From positions 1,471 through 65,470 of the forward strand of contig JBOHSA010000095.1 in the NCBI GenBank assembly GCA_050732995.1: 64,000 nt of DNA, in the 5' to 3' direction. Of the stretch, positions 46,516-54,511 are shown piece after piece. Each line of letters begins with the position of its first letter. Positions within the stretch are counted from its first letter, which is position 1. The notes below the pieces were generated by a model. The model had not been told where the DNA came from and ran no database searches. It saw only the letters and a list, made by a program, of their open reading frames with translations. The translations under genes and the position numbers were made by a program. This DNA is from Gemmatimonadales bacterium. GTDB lineage: Bacteria; Gemmatimonadota; Gemmatimonadetes; Gemmatimonadales; GWC2-71-9.

Positions 46516-47631
46516 TCAGGTCCGGTTTCCCGCTTCCAGGTCCAGCAGGGCTCGCTTGCGCTCGACTCCCCACCGATATCCCCCCGGCTCCCCGTCCTCC
46601 CGGACGACGCGATGGCACGGGATGACCAGGGCGGCGGGATTTCTCGCGCACGCCCGCGCCACCGCCCGGCTCGCGGTGGGAGTCCCGAGAGCCCGCGCCA
46701 CTGCCCCGTAGGAGCGGGTGCGGCCGTAGGGGATCTTGCGCAGCGCCTCCCAGACGCGGCGCTGGAACGCGGTGGCGCGCACGTCGAGCGGCAGCTCCAG
46801 TGGCGGCTCCCGGCCCGCGAGGTGCCGGAGGATGACCGCGACCGTCCGGGCCAGCCCGGCCGCGTCGCGCCGGATTTCCGCCGCCGGGAACTCGGCCTTG
46901 AGCTCGGCCGCGAGCTCCGCCGCGCCGTCGCCCAGCGCGACGCGGCAGATCCCGCGCGCCGTGGCGGCTACGAGCAACCGGCCCAGGGGGCGCGCGCAGG
47001 GCACGATCGCATACCCGATCCGCATCCCCCGTCCGCCGCGGCCATAGGTCGCGGGCGTCATGCCGAGTTGCGCGTCGGCGCGCTCGTACACCCGGCTGCC
47101 CGAGCCGTAGCCGGCGGCGTACACCGCCGGACTCACGCGCCGGCGCTCCCGCAGCTGGGTCTTGAGCCGGGTCAAGCGCCGCGCGTCCTTGTACTGGCTT
47201 GGCGTGATGCCGAGCACCCGGCGAAACACGCGCAGCAGGCGGTGCGGGCTGCAGCCCAGCCGCCGGCTGAGGCTCGCGAGTCGGGCGTTGGCGTCGGGGT
47301 GGGCGTCGAGCAGCCGACAGGCCTCCTGCACCAGGGCGACGGCAGGGTCCGCGCCGTTGCGCTGCTCGGGCCGGCAGCGCCGGCACGGCCGGAACCCGGC
47401 CAGCTCGGCCGCCGGCGGAGCGGGGAAGAAGGAGACCAGCGCCCGCCTGGGCCGCCGGCTCGGGCACGACGGCCGGCAGTAGATCCCGGTCGAGCGGACG
47501 GCGTACACGAAGGCGCCGTCGAACCGGCGGTCGCGACGCAGCACGATCCGCCAGGGCCGCTCGGACCCCAGCGCGGTCAAATCCGGGGCGGGATGCACAG
47601 GGGGAAACCTAGCGCGCCCCTCCCGCGCCAT
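46516..47631 (-). CDS. ada: bifunctional Ada-like protein (Zn-Cys methylphosphotriester acceptor + AraC HTH + O6-methylguanine-DNA methyltransferase)
   Basis: N-terminal Cys cluster (YCRPSCPSRRP...FRPCRRCRP), AraC-type HTH (LASLSRRLGCSPHRLLRVFRRVLGITPSQY), and a C-terminal MGMT active site VIPCHRVV. Confidence 0.88.
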   Translation of the reverse strand: MAREGRARFPPVHPAPDLTALGSERPWRIVLRRDRRFDGAFVYAVRSTGIYCRPSCPSRRPRRALVSFFPAPPAAELAGFRPCRRCRPEQRNGADPAVALVQEACRLLDAHPDANARLASLSRRLGCSPHRLLRVFRRVLGITPSQYKDARRLTRLKTQLRERRRVSPAVYAAGYGSGSRVYERADAQLGMTPATYGRGGRGMRIGYAIVPCARPLGRLLVAATARGICRVALGDGAAELAAELKAEFPAAEIRRDAAGLARTVAVILRHLAGREPPLELPLDVRATAFQRRVWEALRKIPYGRTRSYGAVARALGTPTASRAVARACARNPAALVIPCHRVVREDGEPGGYRWGVERKRALLDLEAGNRT

Positions 47632-47655
47632 CTATCCGATTCTGGCGGCCAAACC

Positions 47656-47924
47656 TCATATCCACTGCTCGTCCGCGGACGGGCCGTGGATGGACGGCAC
47701 CTGGCCGCCTGCCATCCGCAGATAGACCGAGAACTGGCCGCGGTGGTGCACCATGTCCATCAGCAGGAACCACAGAAAGTCGAGCCGCCGCACGTCGCCC
47801 ATTTGCTTCGGTCCGGTGAAGAACTTGACGGTCGTATTCAGGTAAGCGTCGTCCGCTTTCCGGACCTTGTCCCGTAGCCCCTGGAAGACGCCCATGTTCC
47901 GAGGAACTGCTCCTTCTCCGTCAT
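47656..47924 (-). pseudogene. DinB-family protein remnant (internal deletion with frameshift)
   Basis: A strong SD (AAAGGAGGAG) precedes ATG 47924, giving MTEKEQFLGTW and then a stop after 28 codons. A different frame (ORF 47656..47976) carries only the family C-terminus: ...FQGLRDKVRKADDAYLNTTVKFFTGPKQMGDVRRLDFLWFLLMDMVHHRGQFSVYLRMAGGQVPSIHGPSADEQWI. About 70 central residues expected for the family are absent. Confidence 0.6.
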
Positions 47925-47999
47925 GACTCCTCCTTTGGTTCGTCATCATCGCCTGAGTGGTGTTCGTCGTCAACACGAGAATCCTGAGGACCGGGACAC

Positions 48000-48587
48000 C
48001 TAAGAAGTAAGCCCCGGCAGCGTCGGGCGACCCATCTCGCCGCGCACCTCGAGATGACGCCGGTCCTCACCACGAGCGGCCACCGGCCCTGAACCGCGCT
48101 TAGTCCCGGGCCCGGCCTCGGCCGTCTGCCGGTACACGGCGACCCCGTACCAGCAGGGATTCAGCCGGCACTCGGCCATGACGATCTTGACGCGGAAGCG
48201 TGTATCCGTCTGCGGCCGTACCTGCACGACGGCCGCGGCGCCGCTCGCGCGGTCCGCGGCCACCTCGTAATCGCTGTCATTGTAGAGCAGAATACTGAGC
48301 GCCGCGCAATCGCCGTCACACACGCCCAGGACCGCGTACTGTGCAGCGGGCTCCAGCGTCAGTGTGAACGAGCCCGATTCGCCGGTATCGAGCAGGCCCG
48401 CGTGATCGGCGGGGATCCGTTCGAACCCCGTGCGCGTGAGGGACCGCTGAGCCCGGGCCAGCCCGTTCTGCACCTGTCGAAGCCACCGGTTTCCCCGACC
48501 CTCCTCCCCTTCCTCTCTCTGGGCTGAAGCGCTTGCGGCGCCGAGCAGCGCGGCCGCGCTCAGCACGATCGGCCAGGCGCCGCGCAT
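48000..48587 (-). CDS. secreted hypothetical protein (last gene of the GntR-ABC operon)
   Basis: ORF 48000..49298 trimmed to ATG 48587 (TGATG junction with the upstream stop). Signal peptide MRGAWPIVLSAAALLGAASASAQ. Beta-rich body with Cys pairs (GVCDGDCAAL, AECRLNPCW). No family was recognised. Confidence 0.5.
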   Translation of the reverse strand: MRGAWPIVLSAAALLGAASASAQREEGEEGRGNRWLRQVQNGLARAQRSLTRTGFERIPADHAGLLDTGESGSFTLTLEPAAQYAVLGVCDGDCAALSILLYNDSDYEVAADRASGAAAVVQVRPQTDTRFRVKIVMAECRLNPCWYGVAVYRQTAEAGPGTKRGSGPVAARGEDRRHLEVRGEMGRPTLPGLTS

Positions 48588-49798
48588 CAGCGGGCCTGGC
48601 GGCGAATGGCCGCGAGCAGCGCGCTCAGGACCGCCACGCCCGCCAGGAGTACGCCCGTCACCCCGGCACTCAGGGGGGCGATCGGTCCCAGGGGCAGCCG
48701 CGGGGCGAAGCGCCGCTGCCAGCGCGCGGTCCATTCTCCCACGGGCGCCCGCAGCGCCGCCGCCAATGAGGGCTCGACAGCCAGCGGGGAATTCCAGAAC
48801 CGCAGGAATCGGTCGTGACCGACCTCGCGGACGACGTCCGCCAGGAATCGGTCCTCCTCCAGCAGGCGCTCTGCCCGCCACCACGAGGGCGTGATCGTGA
48901 CGATCCGGGGCAGGGAGTCCTCGACCCGATCCCCGGAGCCGGCCAGGACGGCGTCCTCGCAGCTGGTGGCCCTTCCCCCCAAGCAGCCGACCGCCGAGAC
49001 GGGCATTCCGCTGATACCGCTCCACCACCACCGTCCCGTCGCCGGATCGTGCACGAACGCGGAATGCCCTCCTACCTCGGCGGCCACGCTCGGACTCCAG
49101 TCGGGGACTACAGCGAGGGTGTAGTGCCGGGCTGCCAGCCAGCGCCGCGCCGGTCTCCCGGGCGTTCCGAACCCGGCATAGAACGCACATGGCCCGAGGG
49201 CGAGCTTGAGCCATTCGGCGAGCTGTTCGGTCCGTCTCGCGGGGACGATGGTCTGCAGCCACCGCTCCCATCGGTCCGCCGGGACGTACGCCACGCACGC
49301 CGCGCGATCGGTCGAATCAGGCAGCAGGTAGGACCGCGCGCGAACTATCTGCGGGTGGTTCGAGGCTGCGGGGGAGGGGGGGGGGGGCAGAGCCCCACCG
49401 GTTTCCAGGACGACGCCGACGGCGACTTTGGACACGCCGAGGTCGAGCGAGCGCCAAACGGCGTCGAGCGTCTGTCGCACTGTCCGCTCGAACTCTGCGG
49501 CGACATTCCCCTGTGTCCCCCCGGCGAACAACAACGCCGGGCCCTCCACGTCCGCGTGTCGGCGGCGCTCGAATTCGGGCTCCAGGCGGTTCCGGAACTG
49601 GGCGAGTCGGAGCGCCAGATCCATCTCGCGCCATTGCTCGGCGAGCGCTTGGGCCTGGAGGCGGGCGGCGGTCGGCGGCGCCGCCCGCGGCGTCCGGGAG
49701 CGGGGCGGGGATGCGCCTCGAGGTGGCAGGTAGGCCGCCGCGATCAGGACGCACACGGCCGCGGCACCGGCTCCCCACCAGGTCAGCTGACGCGCCAT
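48587..49798 (-). CDS. hypothetical bitopic membrane protein (paralogue of 49783-50904)
   Basis: ORF 48587..50503 trimmed to ATG 49798 (MARQLTWWGAGAAAVCVLIAAAYL, N-terminal TM). C-terminal TM LSAGVTGVLLAGVAVLSALLAAI. Its C-terminal module is shared with the upstream gene product. Confidence 0.5.
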   Translation of the reverse strand: MARQLTWWGAGAAAVCVLIAAAYLPPRGASPPRSRTPRAAPPTAARLQAQALAEQWREMDLALRLAQFRNRLEPEFERRRHADVEGPALLFAGGTQGNVAAEFERTVRQTLDAVWRSLDLGVSKVAVGVVLETGGALPPPPSPAASNHPQIVRARSYLLPDSTDRAACVAYVPADRWERWLQTIVPARRTEQLAEWLKLALGPCAFYAGFGTPGRPARRWLAARHYTLAVVPDWSPSVAAEVGGHSAFVHDPATGRWWWSGISGMPVSAVGCLGGRATSCEDAVLAGSGDRVEDSLPRIVTITPSWWRAERLLEEDRFLADVVREVGHDRFLRFWNSPLAVEPSLAAALRAPVGEWTARWQRRFAPRLPLGPIAPLSAGVTGVLLAGVAVLSALLAAIRRQAR

Positions 49799-50904
49799 CT
49801 CGAGCTCCACAGCGCGCACCCAGCGAAGACGATCACCCAGCCGAGCGCCACGGGCCATCCCCACGACGGGAGATCGATCCGCCGCGGGTACGCCGCCAGG
49901 ATCTCCGCCCGCCACGTCGTCAGGAGCGAGTCCACCGGCACCCGCGCCGCCGCGGCCAGGCGCTCGGCGATCGACAAGGTCGGATCGCCGATCAGCCGGC
50001 GATAGGCGTCCCGCCCGCCGAGCCGGAGCGCGAGATCCACCACCGTCTGCCGGACGCCGGGGGTGAGGGGTCGTGGCACGAACTCCCGCGGCGTCGATCT
50101 CAGCAATTCGACGCACGCGGTGTCGTTGCCGCGCGCACAGGCGCGGAAGGCTCGCTCGGTGGGCCCTCGGGCGAGCCCGCCCAGCGATCGCGTCACAGCC
50201 TCCCGGCGTTCCGCTGGTGTGACGTACCAGAGCAGCGCGATGTCTGGGGAGGCTGTGAGCTCGAGCGCGGTCCGGCAGCGCCCGAGATCGCCGAGATAGC
50301 AGTCCCGCGCCGCTCCGGAGGGGGTGGTCACGAGCTCGACGTACACGCGGGACCGCAGCGCGCGGGGCTGGAGCAGGGGCCGCACCGAGCCGGTGCCGCC
50401 CGCGCCTCCCTCCCCCAGCCACCGAGTCAGGCCGGCGTCGGGTGGCGCGAGTGGCGCCCGGGCGGCCAGGAGGCCCGTAAGGGCCGCGAGCTCCGTGTCC
50501 CACGGCAGCGCGAGGACACCGCGGGCCACGGGCCCGTCGGGCGTCGTGTCCGGGTCAAAGGGGAGGATGACAATGGGCCGGCGCACGAGCGACTGGGCCT
50601 CGTCGCCGTACAGGCTGTCGAGCACCTGCCAGGCCCGGGCGGCCGCCTCCCGCAGAGGCAGGGGCGACGCGTCGGCGATGATCCACAACGCCCCCGCGCG
50701 GATGGTGTCGCGCGCCACGGGGCTCCGAAGGAGCGCCAGGCTATCGAGGGCATCGGCCAGCGCGTTGGCTCGCCGCCAGGCGATCGCCACACTGTCCGCC
50801 CGGATCCGGAGCCGCACGAGGTCCGAACCTCCGCCCTGGGCGTTAAGGGGATGCGTGGCGGCCGACGCCACCAAGAGCCAAAGGGGCCAGCATCCGCTAC
50901 ACAT
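49783..50904 (-). CDS. hypothetical secreted/membrane-anchored protein
   Basis: 373-aa ORF with signal peptide MCSGCWPLWLLVASAATHPLNAQ and C-terminal TM WGWPVALGWVIVFAGCALW. Overlaps both neighbours (8 nt upstream, 16 nt downstream). No family was recognised. Confidence 0.55.
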   Translation of the reverse strand: MCSGCWPLWLLVASAATHPLNAQGGGSDLVRLRIRADSVAIAWRRANALADALDSLALLRSPVARDTIRAGALWIIADASPLPLREAAARAWQVLDSLYGDEAQSLVRRPIVILPFDPDTTPDGPVARGVLALPWDTELAALTGLLAARAPLAPPDAGLTRWLGEGGAGGTGSVRPLLQPRALRSRVYVELVTTPSGAARDCYLGDLGRCRTALELTASPDIALLWYVTPAERREAVTRSLGGLARGPTERAFRACARGNDTACVELLRSTPREFVPRPLTPGVRQTVVDLALRLGGRDAYRRLIGDPTLSIAERLAAAARVPVDSLLTTWRAEILAAYPRRIDLPSWGWPVALGWVIVFAGCALWSSRWRVS

Positions 50905-51553
50905 CGATCAGCATCCAGCGGCCGGTGAAGATGGCGAAGGGCCCGGGCCAGTTCAGCACGATCGGGAGGAGCCGCCCGGGGAGGTCGAGGTCGACGTTGG
51001 CCGCGCCCGCGATCACCTGGACGACGATGACCGACCCCAGCCCAGCGAGAATGAACGCAGCGGTCCGCGAGGTGCCGGAGGAGACCGAGAAAAAGACGGC
51101 ATAGGCCACGAGCACCGCCAGCGCGAATCGAGCGGCGAGGGCTATGGGATAGGTCTGCAGCCCCGGCGGGACGGTGGCGCTCGCGGTCGCCAGGATGGCG
51201 CCGACCAGGACGGCGCCGACCGGCGCTGTCAGGAGGACCAGGCCCGCACCGAACCGCAGGAGCGCATAGCGCCAGCGCGGCAGCGGCAGCGACAGCGCGT
51301 GGACGTGGCGCCCGCGGTGATCCGGCGCCCACGCGGCGACCGCGACCAGGAGTCCCAGGGCGGCGGCCAGCACGGGGTACAAGGTGCCCCAGGACTGGAG
51401 TGCCTGGAGTAGGTCGGGAGCGGAGAGGGCGCCGCGGTCCGGTCGGGTGGCCCCCTGGACGGACAGAATCGGCAGGGCGAATCCGGCGATCGAGCCGAGC
51501 GCGATGATCAGGCGGCTCCACTTCCACTGGCTGAAGAGCATGACACGAAACAT
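50897..51553 (-). CDS. integral membrane protein (putative permease partner of the ABC ATPase)
   Basis: 218 aa with about 6 hydrophobic helices. It follows the ABC ATPase gene after a 9-nt gap. Confidence 0.6.
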   Translation of the reverse strand: MFRVMLFSQWKWSRLIIALGSIAGFALPILSVQGATRPDRGALSAPDLLQALQSWGTLYPVLAAALGLLVAVAAWAPDHRGRHVHALSLPLPRWRYALLRFGAGLVLLTAPVGAVLVGAILATASATVPPGLQTYPIALAARFALAVLVAYAVFFSVSSGTSRTAAFILAGLGSVIVVQVIAGAANVDLDLPGRLLPIVLNWPGPFAIFTGRWMLIDV

Positions 51554-51562
51554 CGTCGGCTC

Positions 51563-52477
51563 CTAACGCGGAGGGTCGCGAAACGCCCGGAGCAGCTCCA
51601 CGAACCCCTCCTCCAGGTCGAGGTCGATCACGTCACGCAGGTCGGCGCCAATGGTCGCGAAGTACGCCGCCATCGCCGGCTCCCAATCGCGCACCGCCCA
51701 ACGCTCCGCCGACCCCTCCCCCCCCTCCCCTCCGTTGACCGGATGACGTCCGAGCACTACGAATGGCGGCTCAGGAACACGCGCGGGCGCCCCGTGCACG
51801 TGGAGCCGTTTCATGCCGTGCTTGAAGCGGTCCATCGGGACCTCCAGGACCAGGCGGCCGTCGTCCATGACTCCGATCCAGTTGCAGAAGCGCTCCAGCT
51901 CGTGGATCAGATGACTCGAAATGAAGATCGTGGCCCGGCGCTCCGAGACGTAGTCGAGGAGGGCGGACAGGATATCGCGCCGAACCACGGGATCGAGTCC
52001 GTCGGTCGGCTCGTCCAGCACCAGCAGCTCGGGCTGCTGCGCGAGCGCCAGCAGCACCATCAGCTTGCCCTTCTGACCCTTCGAGAGGCGCCCGAACAGC
52101 TTCCCGTCGTCGAGCCGGAACTCGCGCACCAGCTGTTCGGCGCGCTGCCCGTCCCAGGCCGGGTAGAACGCCGCCTGGTAAGCGACGGTCTCGCGCACGG
52201 TCAACGTCGGGTCGAGATGCGGTTGCTCCGGCACGTATCCGACGTGCGTCAGCACACGCGCGGCGGCGCCGGGCATCTCGCTCCCGAGCACCTGGATGTG
52301 GCCGGCACGAGGGCGGAGCAGCCCCAGGACCAGCCGGATCGTCGTCGTCTTGCCGCATCCGTTGGGGCCGAGAAAGCCGTAGATCGCCCCGGCGGGGACG
52401 TGCAGGGCCAAATCCTCGATGGCGAACGTCCGGCCGGCGTGGTACGACAGGCGCTGGGTTTCGATGGCGTTGGTCAC
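51563..52477 (-). CDS. ABC transporter ATP-binding protein
   Basis: Walker A GPNGCGKTT, signature LSKGQKGK, Walker B LLVLDEPTDGLD, and H-loop SSHLIHE. The C-terminal region carries an NGGEGGEGS insert. Confidence 0.9.
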   Translation of the reverse strand: MTNAIETQRLSYHAGRTFAIEDLALHVPAGAIYGFLGPNGCGKTTTIRLVLGLLRPRAGHIQVLGSEMPGAAARVLTHVGYVPEQPHLDPTLTVRETVAYQAAFYPAWDGQRAEQLVREFRLDDGKLFGRLSKGQKGKLMVLLALAQQPELLVLDEPTDGLDPVVRRDILSALLDYVSERRATIFISSHLIHELERFCNWIGVMDDGRLVLEVPMDRFKHGMKRLHVHGAPARVPEPPFVVLGRHPVNGGEGGEGSAERWAVRDWEPAMAAYFATIGADLRDVIDLDLEEGFVELLRAFRDPPR

Positions 52478-52854
52478 GGGGTCGGCGCTCCGATCTCTTC
52501 GGTGATCGCGGCCTGCAAGTCCTGGACGGCCACGCCGAGGCGCGCGGCGTCGGCGAGCAGCCGTCGGACCAAGCTCGTGGCGTGACGGGCCCGCTCGCGG
52601 GCCCGCCGTTCGGGGGCGAGCTCCCGCACGAAAGTCCCCTCCCGCTCCCGCGTCTCCACGAACCCCGATGTTTCGAGATCGCGGTAGGCCTGCACGACAG
52701 TCGCCGGGTTCACGCGCAGCTCACCGGCGAGCTGGCGCACGGAGGGCAGGGCGTCCGCGGGGCGCAGGTGCCCCGCGGCGATCGCCACCCGGACGCGGTC
52801 GGCGATCTGGGCATAGAGTGGTGTGGCGCTCCGGGGATCGATGTGCTCAAACAC
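52474..52854 (-). CDS. GntR-family transcriptional regulator, YtrA-like short subfamily
   Basis: 126 aa. PLYAQIADRVRVAIAAGHLRPADALPSVRQLAGELRVNPATVVQAYRDLETSGFVETREREGTFV is the GntR winged HTH. GTG start at 52854. 4-nt overlap with the ABC gene. Confidence 0.88.
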   Translation of the reverse strand: MFEHIDPRSATPLYAQIADRVRVAIAAGHLRPADALPSVRQLAGELRVNPATVVQAYRDLETSGFVETREREGTFVRELAPERRARERARHATSLVRRLLADAARLGVAVQDLQAAITEEIGAPTP

Positions 52855-52862
52855 GTGGTCGT

Positions 52863-52884
52863 CTGTATTGCTGTTGTGATACAG
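52863..52884. promoter_or_regulatory. inverted repeat CTGTAT-N10-ATACAG (candidate YtrA-type operator)
   Basis: Lies 9 bp upstream of the GntR start codon, in the divergent GntR/MarR intergenic region. Confidence 0.4.
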
Positions 52885-52913
52885 TGGGGATCCCGGCAGG
52901 GCCTGTCAAGCGC

Positions 52914-52944
52914 ATATAGTTTGGTTTGACAAAACAAACTATAT
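52914..52944. promoter_or_regulatory. 31-bp near-perfect AT-rich palindrome ATATAGTTTGGTTTG-A-CAAAACAAACTATAT (candidate MarR operator)
   Basis: 14 of 15 arm positions pair. It ends 17 bp upstream of the MarR start codon and is strikingly AT-rich for this sequence. Confidence 0.55.
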
Positions 52945-52960
52945 TCCGTAGCTTGCCGCC

Positions 52961-53446
52961 ATGGCCGACAGCAGTGTGCACCGCCTCCTCGACCTCTATC
53001 CCCGCATCTTCTTCGCGTGCCACACCCGGCACGTGCGCGACCCCCAGTCCCGCACCCGGCTCAGCGCCCACCAGGCCGGCATCCTCGATCACCTGGACGA
53101 CGTGGAACCGACGAGCCTGACCGGCCTGGCGCGCCATATGGGCGTCACGGCGTCCACCATGTCGCTCGGCGTGGACCGGCTGGCCCGGCACGGGTACGTC
53201 GTGCGGGCCCGGGACCCCGAGGACGGCCGCCGCGTCCTGCTCCGGCTGACGGCGGCGGGCGCGCGGATCAAGGAGGCCCAGTCCGTGCTGGAGCCGGAAC
53301 GGGTGAGGGCGATGCTGGACCGACTGTCGGCCGACGAGCAGACACAGGCCCTGCGGGGATTGGGGCTCCTCGCGCAAGCCGCCGATGAGATGATGCAGGC
53401 CCGCAGCGCGGGCGCTCTCCCGCCCTCGGAATGGAGGTCGACATGA
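52961..53446 (+). CDS. MarR-family transcriptional regulator
   Basis: LSAHQAGILDHLDDVEPTSLTGLARHMGVTASTMSLGVDRLARHGYVVRARDPEDGRRVLLRLTAAG is the canonical MarR winged helix. Confidence 0.88.
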   Translation: MADSSVHRLLDLYPRIFFACHTRHVRDPQSRTRLSAHQAGILDHLDDVEPTSLTGLARHMGVTASTMSLGVDRLARHGYVVRARDPEDGRRVLLRLTAAGARIKEAQSVLEPERVRAMLDRLSADEQTQALRGLGLLAQAADEMMQARSAGALPPSEWRST

Positions 53447-53958
53447 AATGGGTCTTGATCGTGGTGGCAGCGGTCGTGGGGTTGGTCGGCGTCGTGGCGC
53501 TCGGCGGCGCGCTCCTGCCGCGCGGCCATACAGCCAGGCACACGGGTCGGTTCCGACAGCCGCCGGACTCCGTGTGGCGCGCCATTACCGACTTCGCCTC
53601 CGCGCCCTCGTGGCGCGCGGACGTGCGGGCCGTCGAGCGGCTCCCCGACCGGGACGGCCATCCGGTGTGGCAGGAGACCGACAAGCACGGGCAGCGGCTG
53701 CCCCTCGAGGTGCTCGAATTCGCGCCGCCGCGCCGCCTCGTGTTGCGCATCGCCGATCCGAAGCTTCCGTTCGGCGGCACCTGGACCTACGAGATCAGCC
53801 CCGTTGCCGCGGGTAGCAGTCTGACCATTACCGAGGATGGCGAGATCTACAATCCCATCTTCCGGTTCGTGGCCCGGTTCATTCTCGGCTACACGGCCAC
53901 GATGAAGGGCTATGTGCGAGCTCTCGGGCGCCGGTTCGGGGAGGACGTGGTTTCCTGA
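53443..53958 (+). CDS. SRPBCC-superfamily (polyketide cyclase/START-like) protein with N-terminal TM anchor
   Basis: ATGA overlap with the MarR stop. TM segment WVLIVVAAVVGLVGVVALGGALL, then PPDSVWRAITDFASAPSWRADV...TWTYEISPVAAGSSLTITEDGEI, which resembles SRPBCC. Confidence 0.65.
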   Translation: MKWVLIVVAAVVGLVGVVALGGALLPRGHTARHTGRFRQPPDSVWRAITDFASAPSWRADVRAVERLPDRDGHPVWQETDKHGQRLPLEVLEFAPPRRLVLRIADPKLPFGGTWTYEISPVAAGSSLTITEDGEIYNPIFRFVARFILGYTATMKGYVRALGRRFGEDVVS

Positions 53959-54004
53959 GCGGCTGTTTGCCGAGTCCCGGTGCACCCGCCAGATTGAAGT
54001 CTCC

Positions 54005-54454
54005 ATGACCTCCTACGTGCGAGCGCGGTACGACTCCGGGGAAACCGATCCCCAAAGGGGGGGGGGAGGGCCAGCCGTATCGGAGCGCTCCCGCGGCGTC
54101 GCGCTCGCGCTCGGCTTCATCGGCGGCGTGTTCGGTCTGCACCGCTTCTACACGGGCAAGATCAAGAGCGGTCTCTTGATGATCTGCACGTTCGGCGGGC
54201 TCGGTTTGTGGTGGCTGTACGACATGATCCTGCTCGCCACGGGTGAGTTTCGGGACGCGGACGATCTCCCCTTGCGAAACTGGAACGTCCAGGAGCCGCG
54301 CGGGATGGCCCGCGCGGCCGACCGGCGCACGGACGAGCTGGAAGAGCGCTTGGACGCGCTGCAGGGGGAGGTCGCGGAGATGCAGGAGCGGTTGGACTTC
54401 ACGGAACGCATGCTGGCCCAGCAGCGTGACCGCGATCGTCTGTCGAAGGGGTAG
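54005..54454 (+). CDS. TM2-domain membrane protein with C-terminal coiled coil
   Basis: ORF 53912..54454 trimmed to ATG 54005. GVALALGFIGGVFGLHRFYTGKIKSGLLMICTFGGLGLWWLYDMILL is the TM2 signature. The C-terminal helix is LEERLDALQGEVAEMQERLDFTERMLAQQRDRD. Confidence 0.8.
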   Translation: MTSYVRARYDSGETDPQRGGGGPAVSERSRGVALALGFIGGVFGLHRFYTGKIKSGLLMICTFGGLGLWWLYDMILLATGEFRDADDLPLRNWNVQEPRGMARAADRRTDELEERLDALQGEVAEMQERLDFTERMLAQQRDRDRLSKG

Positions 54455-54511
54455 GCCTGCCGGCTTCATCGAGCCGGCGTTCTAGGAACGCATCCACGCA
54501 CACAGGGGTTC

